Assembly: GCA_002269645.1 (NCBI GenBank)
Contig: NIVC01000740.1
Location: 124,001-188,000 of the forward strand
Direction: 5' to 3'
Length of the DNA stretch: 64,000 nt
Source of the DNA: Macrostomum lignano
Taxonomy: Eukaryota
The notes beneath the pieces are model-generated. The model did not search any database, had not been told where the DNA came from, and worked only from the letters and a program-made list of their open reading frames with translations. Positions 11,927 through 22,414 of the stretch are shown one piece after another. The position numbers and the translations under genes were made by a program. The stretch's first letter is position 1; every line of letters starts with the position of its first letter.

Positions 11927-13877
11927 ATGGATGATATTGGATTAAGTGCATCTAATTCTAGGCCTCTTCGAAAGCAGACAAAAAGTACTTCTAAATTTGG
12001 AAATGACAATTCAGCATTGTTTTTCTGCTTTATTCTTCACAATGTTGGCCATGATGAGCAATATGTGACCATTGCATTTGGGTCTCCCTATTGGCCAAGT
12101 ACAATAACTAATGATGAAAAGTTGGAACTTGCACAAGTAAGATTTTAAGTTGGATTTATATGCATAATATTTTGTTATTGAGTACATGGTTTCTAAAACA
12201 AATTATTCCAACTACAAATGTAATATTACTTTATTAAATTATATTTTAGGGGACTAAAGTCTTTTTACGCATGTATGGCAAACTATTTTCTGCTACACTT
12301 GTGGCAAAAGGTAGTGAAAGGCAAATGGCTTCAACTATGAACCAACTTTCCAACTTGGTTAGTGAGGCTGAAAATACTGATTCATTGATTAGCCAAGCTA
12401 TTGAGCTTTTTGCAATGAAAGATCCCCAAGCTGGCATTGCAAATGTAAGGACAATAAGGTCATCTAGTTCAAAGCAGGTTGCTTCAAGTTCTAGTTGTCA
12501 TCAGCATGGACTACTTGACGAGCTTTATGAAGTGGATAGTGAAAGTGGCGAACCAAATTTGGCGATACCAGCTACTCAATCAATGGGTAAAACTGCAATA
12601 TATATGAACTATTAATTGTTTGCAATTTGTTTTTTTTGTTGTATTATTTGATTAATTATTATTTTTTAGAAAAAGCCATTTCTGCATTTGAGAGAGAGGC
12701 ATCTTTGGTTGAAAATGAGCAAGCTCGTGCCACAGGCCTCTTGGAATCAAGTTTGTATATTCTATTACACCTAATTGAAAACCAAATACCAAATGAGTCA
12801 ATATTTTTGTAGCAATAAGCCTTTTTTATCACTAGGTGCAATTCAAGAAGTGCAACCCCTCCGAGGGGTACAGATAGTAAACAGTGAATCGGATGCAACA
12901 ATGAAAGGTATAATTTTATTTTTTTAATATGATACAATCACATTATTAAAAATCAAAATCACCATATTTTTATATATGAGCATATATCTTACTCTAGATC
13001 TAAAACTGTTCATTCAATCCGAGTTGCTTTCTCTTGAGAAGCGTCTTGCTGCAAGGATATGCCGACTTTTAAAAAAGGATGACAACTTTGGTGGAATGCT
13101 AACAATTAAAGAATACCAAAATGAGGTATGTCAGTTTTTTCTTAGCATCAGCAGCATCACGTCTGTAGTATAAAAGTTCTACTATATAATAACATTTTTT
13201 AGGAATTTAGGTGCATTGATGGTTCCCTAGCTGAGCTGTCTTCAATTCTTTGCAACGATCCTAAGGTGTTCCTCCGAAGGTATATCAAGCTGCGATTTGG
13301 CGAAGGCTACTTGCTTGAGCATATAATCGATTCATCCTGTGGTGCTCGCAGTTCCCGAAGGCCTGCTCCATCTGAGCATGTGACAGAGTTTCAACGTAAA
13401 TATATATATATAATTTTTTCACAGTTTTGTGCAATTTTTTTATTATAAAGCAATTTAGGCTAATTAATGCTAAATGATCTGAATCCAATACTTGGGATAT
13501 TTTCTAAAAAAACACATTTAGGTCTGAGATAAAAGAAATTGAGGAAAAATAGTTCTAAAGTTCAATACATCCCATTGACCTATTTAATGATTAGCATCAT
13601 AAATCAACTTCCTTTTAAATTTAGCCTATTTCTACTATAAACACAGTACACAATGTCTATTGTAAAAATATTTTACTATACTCGTGAATTTTCAGGTTTG
13701 CTTCAATTGTGCTATCGAACATCTGGCTACGACTTCCACGAAATCTGGAAGTCTGTACGAGACCATCTCAATCAGCTGGCCAGGGAGGAGACACGGGCGA
13801 GAAAGCGAACTTCAACTGCTGCTTCTGGACCCGAGTCAGGGGATTCCATTTCCCGCTCAAGGCGAATGGGACCGTGA
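11927..13877 (+). CDS. Transposon accessory protein, 7 exons, 400 aa, with a BEN-like domain at the C-terminus (TnpA-equivalent)
   Basis: Exons 11927-12136, 12250-12586, 12670-12750, 12836-12907, 12998-13125, 13203-13395, 13696-13877. All introns are GT..AG with compatible phases; the total is 1203 nt with no internal stop. The C-terminus FLRRYIKLRFGEGYLLEH...EFQRLLQLCY...EIWKSVRDHLNQLAREETRARKR fits the helical BEN pattern by eye. Confidence 0.72.
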
Positions 13878-13926
13878 ATTGCGGAAAAAATTCTAGTAAC
13901 TTTTGAATATTTGAATTGCTATTTTT

Positions 13927-16227
13927 ATGTCTAGTAAATCAGAATCTGAGCACTCTCTTTCTACTAATTACTCAGCCTACTCTTGTCAGGCGATTTCTTC
14001 TCCCTCAAATAGTTTTTCTACAAGTAATAGGAGTTCAATTTCAAGCGAAGCCGGTGTAACGCACTCGCACAGCTGTCCTGACGCTGTGGAAACTTTTATT
14101 GGTGAAAACAATGCTGTGCCTGTGCTTGAGGAGAGTTCAGATAGCTTAGCGAATTTGGCTTCCATCTCAGATCCCAGTGTGCAGGCGGCTCTGATTTTTC
14201 AGTGGGCAATTACTTCCGGAGTTTCAGAGGCTGCTCTTGATAGACTCCTGAAGCTACTTTCTATTTTTAGTAGAGATTCTCTAGCTCTTCCAAATAGCGT
14301 CAAGTTGCTCAAATCATTGATTCAAGATACTTGCCCTCTTGATGATAGTGACGTGTCTGAATTTGGCTTTTGCCCAGAATGCAAAAGCCAGTGTCAGGTT
14401 CATTCCCCAAAGTCAAAGGTTGCTGTGACACAGCTCAATATTGTTCCACAGCTGCGGACTATCTTAAGCAGCCACACTTCAACTATTCTGCAGTATGAGC
14501 AAGAATTGCAAAAGGATAAAAACACAGACGTTTTGAATTCCAAAATAGTTAAAGAACAAGGCTTAAGCCTATCTTCTGGCAAGTCGCTTCACTTGCATCT
14601 TCTAATCTCAGCTGATGGCGCCAATTTTTTTGAATCTGTTCAGAGTAGCTTTTGGCCATTTCAGGCTCAACTTCTAAACCTTCCTGTTTACATCCGTCAA
14701 CGCTTTGCAAATTTAATTCTAATTGCTCTTGTTTCATCGAAGGCAGTCCCGCATTTCCAGTCTTTTCTGTCTGAAATTATGAACAATTTGCCAAAACAGT
14801 TTATATTCTCGGAATACACCGTTCATGTCCATTACACACTCTTTGTTTGTGACTTGCCCGCTCTTGCTAAGCTCTTCTGCATTCACCAGTACAATGGTGC
14901 GTTTAGCTGTCCTAGGTGCTTGCACCCAGGTGAGAGCTTTAAAGTATCCGAGAAAGGTAAAAACTGGATCTTCCGCTATGGTGAAGGCTACTTGTTTCCT
15001 TTGAGAAACCCATCTTCCCATCTTGAACACTGTCGGCTCGCACAAATTCGAAATCGGCCTGTTTTTGGCGTAAAGATGCGCAGTTGCTTGTTAGACTATG
15101 TTCCGTTTCCCAGCTGCAATCCTATTGACAGTTTACACTGCTTTTTCGAAGGCCACACCAAGTATCTACTAGAAGAGCTGTCATTACCTGCAAACAGGCG
15201 CGAGTTGTATTTTTGCTCAGCTAATTGCATGGATTTCATATCTAATTGTATTCGTCAATCTATAACTCCTTCTAGCATCACAATCAACACAAATTTTAAA
15301 GGCTTTTCAGATTGGAAAGCAAAGCATTTTAAAAACTTTGCGCTATACTTTCTTCTTCCTACGTTTTTGCAGAGAATTTCGCATTTTCCATTGAAACTGC
15401 TGTTAACTAATTTAGTTCTTATTTATCACATGTTGTATAGCCCCCAATCAAATAAGACTGATATCGAAAAGCTATGCAAAGCTTTTATCTCCAATGCTCA
15501 GCAAATATTCGGACCGAAAGTACTCCGCCTTAATTTCCACCTGCTTTTGCATATGGCTGAACAGTACGAATTGTACGGACCTGTATTTAATTATTCTATG
15601 TTCGCATTTGAGAGCTCCATTGGCATGTTCAAAAAGTTCTTATGCGGAACTGTGTCATTTGGCCCACAGCTTGTTCGCAAGTTTTTGTTTCAAAAGTTGC
15701 TACATCACTACTTTTCTTGTGTTAAGGACTCTATTGTAGTGGATGCAGTTAACTCTATATCTTTAGAGCCATCCAGGCCACATGGTATTCTTCGAAACTC
15801 ACTTGCTTATTTTAATGGACATTTTTTCTCGACAAGCTCAGCTTGTGCGTCGAAAAATTCTAACCATCTTTGCCAATTGAAGTCCGGCGAAATCTGCACT
15901 ATTGCAGAGTTCCTCGAGCCTAATACTATTCGAGTGCAAATTTTGGATCCCATTGGTTCGCTGTTTGATTTTGTTTTACGAGTACCAGCAGCAACTTTCC
16001 CCATCGATTTACTTAATTGGAAAGCATTGCTGGAATCCATGTTCAAAAAGTCTTCGACATTCAATTTTGTATTGATATCCCTGTCTAATGCGCCCAGATC
16101 GGCCAGACGCGAACGTATAGTTAATTTTTCAGAGGTCGATCGACCCTGCATCGCTGTTCCAGTAGAATCGTTCAGCAAAGACTGTTATTGCGCTGTGCCA
16201 TTGTTCAAAGAGTTTGAACATGATTAA
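13927..16227 (+). CDS. CMC/EnSpm DDE transposase (TnpD-like), 766 aa, intronless
   Basis: Motifs ADG..F....S.WP, VCDLPA, QYNGAFSCPRC (C2C), IDSLH ([M/L]H), WKA..F..F.LY, NFHLLLH (H3H), YGP..YSMFAFE. These are the signature string of CACTA/Mirage/Chapaev transposases. The ORF lies within the TIRs. Confidence 0.92.
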   Translation: MSSKSESEHSLSTNYSAYSCQAISSPSNSFSTSNRSSISSEAGVTHSHSCPDAVETFIGENNAVPVLEESSDSLANLASISDPSVQAALIFQWAITSGVSEAALDRLLKLLSIFSRDSLALPNSVKLLKSLIQDTCPLDDSDVSEFGFCPECKSQCQVHSPKSKVAVTQLNIVPQLRTILSSHTSTILQYEQELQKDKNTDVLNSKIVKEQGLSLSSGKSLHLHLLISADGANFFESVQSSFWPFQAQLLNLPVYIRQRFANLILIALVSSKAVPHFQSFLSEIMNNLPKQFIFSEYTVHVHYTLFVCDLPALAKLFCIHQYNGAFSCPRCLHPGESFKVSEKGKNWIFRYGEGYLFPLRNPSSHLEHCRLAQIRNRPVFGVKMRSCLLDYVPFPSCNPIDSLHCFFEGHTKYLLEELSLPANRRELYFCSANCMDFISNCIRQSITPSSITINTNFKGFSDWKAKHFKNFALYFLLPTFLQRISHFPLKLLLTNLVLIYHMLYSPQSNKTDIEKLCKAFISNAQQIFGPKVLRLNFHLLLHMAEQYELYGPVFNYSMFAFESSIGMFKKFLCGTVSFGPQLVRKFLFQKLLHHYFSCVKDSIVVDAVNSISLEPSRPHGILRNSLAYFNGHFFSTSSACASKNSNHLCQLKSGEICTIAEFLEPNTIRVQILDPIGSLFDFVLRVPAATFPIDLLNWKALLESMFKKSSTFNFVLISLSNAPRSARRERIVNFSEVDRPCIAVPVESFSKDCYCAVPLFKEFEHD

Positions 16228-16559
16228 AAAGGTACGAGTATGTGTCCGTACCTTAGATCCGATTATTTTATTATTAATGCTGCAAAGTCTGGCAGAAAAT
16301 AAAATTATGCTCCATGACCAAGATAAAACCATCAGGGAATCAGAATAACTTTCCAGATGCCCAACTTCCTCCCTCTCAGACTCCCACCGTTACCTCTCTT
16401 TGTCCGATCTCTCCATATTCAAAATCTCCAAGTTTCTGTGCGCAAATAATTGACTAATGCAGCATTAACTTCGTTTCGTAAAGGATTAGTCGGCCCTTGC
16501 CCTTAATGCGTACCGAATTCGGCTAATTCTATTTATTGACTGTTCAGTAAAATTTACTG

Positions 16560-17105
16560 TTTTATTTTTTCTTACAGTACCTTGAAATGCGTCAAATTCT
16601 GTCTATTCTGTATCTTAAAGCTCTCTGAGCTGTTTTATTTTTTCTTACAGTACCTTGAAATGCGTCAAATTCTGTCTATTCTGTATCTTAAAGCTCTCTG
16701 AGCTGTTTTATTTTTCTTACAGTACCTTGAAATGCGTCAAATTCTGTCTATTCTGTATTTTAAAGCTCTCTGAGCTGTTTTATTTTTTCTTACAGTACCT
16801 TGAAATGCGTCAAATTCTGTCTATTCTGTATTTTAAAGCTCTCTGAGCTGTTTTATTTTTTCTTACAGTACCTTGAAATGCGTCAAATTCTGTCTATTCT
16901 GTATTTTAAAGCTCTCTGAGCTGTTTTATTTTTTCTTACAGTACCTTGAAATGCGTCAAATTCTGTCTATTCTGTATTTTAAAGCTCTCTGAGCTGTCTT
17001 ATTTTTTCTTACAGTACCTTGAAATGCGTCAAATTCTGTCCATTCTGTATTTTAAAGCTCTCTGAGACTGAGCTGTCTTATTTTTTCTTACAGTACTTTG
17101 AAATG
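16560..17105. repeat. ~73-bp tandem repeat (~7 copies) inside the CACTA 3' region
   Basis: The unit cttacagtaccttgaaatgcgtcaaattctgtctattctgtat[c/t]ttaaagctctctgagctgttttattttt recurs at 72-74 bp spacing. Confidence 0.92.
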
Positions 17106-17575
17106 AATTATGCCTAATTATCATTAATAATATAAGTCTCGAAATGGTCATCATACGAGTTTTCAATTACTTCTACATTTAATTGCATAAGTATTTGTTC
17201 TGATACTTTTTTGTTTTGAAAGTGATTTATAAGGGAATGGAAACATATTTCTCAGCAGCACTAAAGATGCTGCCGAATTTGTTTAGAAAATTTCAGCTTT
17301 AAAATGAACCTACGCAAACATTGCGTTCTACTAACAGTAGTGTAGTAAGGAAAATTATATTTAAAATCATACATCAATGTACATGGATGGAAAGTAACCA
17401 TGGATGAAGTTTACGTGGAACCATGTATGATCAGGTATGGCTCCATACATGTTCAGGTATGATCCATACATGGCATCATGGATGCTTCATCCATGATTTA
17501 TCCATGCAAGGAGAGTAGGGGAGGAGCGGGAATTTATATTTATGGATAAATTCACAACACCACAGTCATTCTGTA

Positions 17576-17700
17576 CAGCAATCCGGGGTGGCCGTTGAAG
17601 TCGGTGGAAGTCGACAAAGAAATGAATAGTACATGTACATGTCTGTCATAAACATGTACATTCTACAGAGTCGACTAACGGCGCCAACGTCGGATTGCTG
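17576..17700. mobile_element. 125-bp MITE, Tc1/mariner-type ends
   Basis: TA|CAGCAATCCG ... CGGATTGCTG|TA: perfect 10-bp TIR with flanking TA. Confidence 0.55.
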
Positions 17701-19450
17701 TACGGGGACCTTTCACGCCAAAATCACGCCGCAGTAAAGGATCAACGGACCACTTTCTCCCGAAAGTTCGGTCCGACTCTCGGGTCAGCGGAAAATTTAA
17801 ATTACTTTTCACATTAAAACAAATAAAGCTTTCTTAACAGCTCTATAATAGTCTATTTTTTGCTAAAAAGTTCAGACTTTCAAAAGAGTATTTTATTTTT
17901 GATTTTTTCTATTCTTTTATTAAGAATTTTTAACCGAAAAGGCTACTTCAGCGGCTTTAGCCGAAACGTCCGTTCACCGAAACGTCCCTGTGCACTGACG
18001 GCCCTCAGTACAACAATGGGCCTTTTCATATTGCTTGTTCTGGTTCCAGAACCAGAACCAATTTGTGAAGTATAACTTTTTGTCTCCATAACTAGAGGGA
18101 GATATGTGCTATTAAGTTTTTATTATTGAATGACAATCGCCAAGAAGAAAGTGAAAAATTGTGCTAGGGCCTAAGTGAGTTTGTTAAGGCAGTCAAACAT
18201 TCAACAGAATTAAATAGTTATACTGCTGTTTTTCTTGGAAGATCCGAACCGATTCTGATATTCTGGAACTAATATTTTCATGCTTGTTAACAATTCATTT
18301 GAAGTATGTACTGTTATTTTAAAAAAGCACGTGGTCTCTTATGATGTCATATTCATAGGCCATAGCCCAAGCCTACAGCTATATTATAATTCGGCCTGGT
18401 CATTGTTGTTTCTTGTTTTATAGTTTTATAACTACTATAGACCTATGTTCTATTAAACCAAGGCCCATCATATTCTTCATAGTTAATCAGAATCTGAAAT
18501 ATTTTAGAGTCTATAAGTTGTTTTTGCACTTGCCAGACCTGGCTCAACTTGGGCATTAATGATCATCTCATCATCTGCCTGGATTGAGGTATAGGCCTAA
18601 TAGACAGTGTATAGTAGGCATATACCTATTCATAATATAATTTTGATGCTGATAGTGATATCATAAAATCTGAATTTTCTGCTGTTTGTTTTCAATATAC
18701 AATTTGTTCTTTAAATTGCTGTTAAAATTTTGTAAAATATTCTTATTGAAACAATTTATTGTAATTGAATTATTATTAGTGCATAGCCTAGCCTAGCCTA
18801 GGCCTAAACTAAATATTAATATAATATAATATTGATTAACAGATTATAATTATCTTGAATATGATGACTTTGGCTAAAGCCTAAAGCCATATTGATATGT
18901 CTCTATCTTAGTTTTTACACTTGTATAGTTTTACAAACATATATTATACAACTGATGGTCAACTTGGCTAACTAGCCACTGTAAATTGTAGTAGACCAAG
19001 AGTAAATTGTAGAAATACCCAGCAAAAAAGACAGACTAATTAGATGACAAAGCATTTGCCATTTAGCCTTAATAAGATACTTATAGTTATTCCCATTGTT
19101 TATATATATAATTGTATTAATTTTGCTTCAAATTCAAGTATAAGGCTTCTTTTATAGGTAAGTCACATTTTTAGTCAAAAAGCAAGTTATATGGTCAGTG
19201 TAAATCAAGGGGTTGCACATGTATATTTGACAAAGCATATAAAAAAATCTAAAATATATAGCAACATTGATTATTGATATAATAATATAAAAAAACTAAG
19301 TAGTTTAATGAAAAATTAAGACTAAGTTTAAAGTAAAAAGGCATTATTTGAAATTCAGCCATATATGAGATCTAACAGTTCATTGGTCTAATAAACTTTT
19401 TTGGAAGGCTAGTATCCAACTTCTTTAAAAAGATTCAGCCACTGAATTGA

Positions 19451-21045
19451 TTGCACAAAGCAGACACCAACTTTCAGTGGACAGCTAAGTATGACCGAGC
19501 CTTTAGACAACTCAAGACAGAGATTGCCTTTCAACCCATAGTCCAGCCATACTCATTAGAAAAGGAACTCACTCTTACCACAGATGCCTCCAATGGAGTG
19601 CTTGCAGGAATGGTCACGCAAGATAGCCATCCTATGATCTATATTTTTCGGTGTCTTTCTACTGCAGAACAAAACTATTCAAACATAGAGCAAGAGGCCC
19701 TTGCCATTTTTTTGGGGCAGTCAGCCGGCTAAAGCACTATTTACTGGGCCGCCACTTCACAATACAGACGGATCATAAGCCTCTCAAACAGCTCTTCGGC
19801 CAGTCTCGCGGGGTGCCGCTGAATACCTTCGCTCGCATTAGCAGATGGGCACTCGTGATGATGCACCGTGACTACACCATATGCTATATACTAGGATAGA
19901 AGATTCCACATGCCGATGCGCTTTCTCGCCTACGCTTCACTGACTCATCTAACAATTCAAATGATTCGGCAGAAGTCTGCAAAGCCATTGATTGCATTGC
20001 CTTCAAGCCATCTATTATTTCCAAGAACCAGGTTTCTGCAGAGCTAGAGTTGAATGAGCTCATAAAAAAGTGATATACCAAATTCACTTAGAAAACTGGG
20101 CTGGCTGTTCTCAGGCTGAGAAACCATTCCAGGCCATATTGCAATGCCTAACTATCAAGGACGGCTTATTGTTCAAGGGTCGCCAAGTCTACATTCTGCC
20201 AAGACTGTGGAAAGAAGCTTTTCATGCAGCGCATGACACTCACTCTGGGTCTCTGGTGAAACTCAACTTCATGAGCTTGTCCTGCTGTTGGCCTGGAATG
20301 TACGTTGACATCGAGCAATTTGTCAGCCAGTGTGATGTATGCAACAGGTTGCAGCCCAGATTGGGGAAGACCAGAGACACATGGCCATCAACTGAATACC
20401 CATTTCAAAAGCTTCATGTTGACTGGGTGTACATAAAGAATGTTGGAAACATTCTGGTAGCAGTCAACTCTCTCTCTGGTTGGATCGAGGCCTTTCCCTG
20501 TAAAGATTGATCCACAGATCAGATCATTAAATGCCTCAGAACTGTTTTCAAATGCTTTAGCATGCTTGAACTTTTAGTTTCGGACAATGCTCCGGAGTTT
20601 GTCAGCGATTCACTGAGGAGCTGGCTGCACCAAAATGGCATAAAGAAGATGGAATCCCCAACTTATTATCCCCAGGCCAATGGATCGGCTGAGCAAGCGC
20701 CGAGCAGTCCAGACAGTCAAACAAGCTCTGTGGGCCTGGAATGAACAAACCACCCACGTTGAATTTGTTCCCTATCTACAGCGATTGCTGTTTCATCACC
20801 AAAACTCATCCACAAGTAGGGGCAAGACACCAGCTGAGATTGTTTTCGGATGCCAACTGCTTGTTCCTGTAGTCTCCACGTTCAACCAAGGCGAGCGCGT
20901 TTTGTATCAGCCAACTTCGGGCATTCCACTCTCCACTGTCAAATATGTGAAAAACCAAGGCCGCAACATGGCCTTGGTGTTAGATGGGAGTGAACTGCAT
21001 TTGGCAAGCAACAACCAACTTGCTCCATTGCTGCTTGCCATCTAA
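19451..21045 (+). pseudogene. Decayed Ty3/Gypsy pol remnant (RNase H + integrase)
   Basis: Broken frames contain LTTDAS, AEQNYSNIEQEALAI, HFTIQTDHKPL, HDTHSG...WPGMYVDIEQFVSQCDVC, VSDNAPEF and YYPQANG, with multiple stops and frameshifts. No LTRs were recognised. Confidence 0.88.
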
Positions 21046-22414
21046 GTTGCCATCTGAGCATCGCACAATCTTAATAAAAAGCCTAAATATGGTATGGGTC
21101 TAGTCTAGTATGCTAGTATAGTCTAGCATTAAATGACAGAGGAGACATCTAGCATGGTTTAGAACTTAGCTGCAATAGGTAAAATAGAAAAATAAATAAA
21201 TAAGAATCACTTAGTTAGATATTTCCCTTGCTAACTCTATTGTCAATGTTATATTCATAGGCTTTATGAGTATAATCATTTTAAATATATATTGGTCAAA
21301 TATATTTGTTTATACATATACAAAGGGGCCATATAGGGATATACAAGCTATATGCTTATCTATATTTGTAATCTACTACTTATAAAATTTTTGATTTTAC
21401 TTTATTTAGCAAACCTTGACTGCTAGTCTTAGTCTTGAAGTCCATTAGCCTTAACTACAAGAGCTAGATTGTACTTATATTTAATATCTTTGACTTTATC
21501 CTTATTTTACAATTGCTTTAAAAGTCTACAGAATTAGGACAAGCAAGGGAAACTGGCTATTACCCTCTATTATAGCTTCTTTACTAGGTTTGCACATGGT
21601 TATTGGTAAAGTTATCTTGTCAGTAGACCAAAATCTTGTCTAGGCCATAGATGTTGCCTAAAATATAAAAGTCTACCATATACAATATTAGTGCTAACTA
21701 GCAATCTAGCGCCCCCCTTCGGGGTGGCCAATAAGCAAGGGACGAATCCTTTAAAATGAAAAGAATTCTTAGGAGGGGGGCTAGGAATCGAATTCTCATT
21801 TTAATTCTGGGGCTTATGTGCTAACAAAACATGCTTGTGTAGAACTGACAATTCAACCATACTTGCCTTCTTTCAAAGCAATAGCGTACTACTTCTGTAG
21901 CGGTGCAAGCAGTACGCTCGGCAATGGCTGGAAAAGCAGCTACAGCAAAAAATATTGTTACCCAAAGGCAACACAGTTGCCTATCATGCAGAGGCATCAC
22001 TGGTGTTAAACACCAATTCCTTCTTCACTTTTAAAAATCACCTTATTTATGTAAAATTGTCACGGACAATGATATTTGCTATGAATCTCTTTTTTTCTAA
22101 AATTAACAAACCGACAACAAAATATAGCTTTCACAAAAATAACAGACATTCCACCTAAATAGAAAATATTCCCAAGACAGCAAGTATCCCTCCAGATAGC
22201 AAGCACCCCCTCCAAAAGTAAGCAACAACAGATAGCAAGCATCCCTTAGTACACGTAGCAAGCTTCACCCCAGATAGCAAGCAACCTGCACATAGCAAGC
22301 ATCGCAAGATACTGTAGAAGCATCCACCCAGATAGCAAGCATCCTGCAGATAGCAAGAATCCCTGAATAGCAAGCATCCCTGGATAGAAAGAATCCCATA
22401 CATGTAGCCAAGCT

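Larger units (their letters stand above)
10790..17520 (+). mobile_element. CACTA/EnSpm (CMC superfamily) DNA transposon, apparently full length (6731 bp)
   Basis: 28-bp TIRs, 25/28 identical (CCCTACTCTCTTATCATGGATAAATCAT vs reverse complement CCCTACTCTCCTTGCATGGATAAATCAT). 2-bp TSD GA on both sides. Clusters of CATGGA/TCCATG subterminal repeats at both ends. Encloses an uninterrupted transposase ORF and a spliced accessory gene. Confidence 0.9.

Noticed and set aside
13522-13531. Alternative last exon for the accessory gene (acceptor at 13521)
   Set aside because: It gives an immediate stop and truncates the BEN-like domain; the acceptor at 13695 completes it.
17955-17990. CCGAAACGTC twice, resembling the 3' half of a hammerhead
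   Set aside because: No CUGANGA box or stem I/II upstream.
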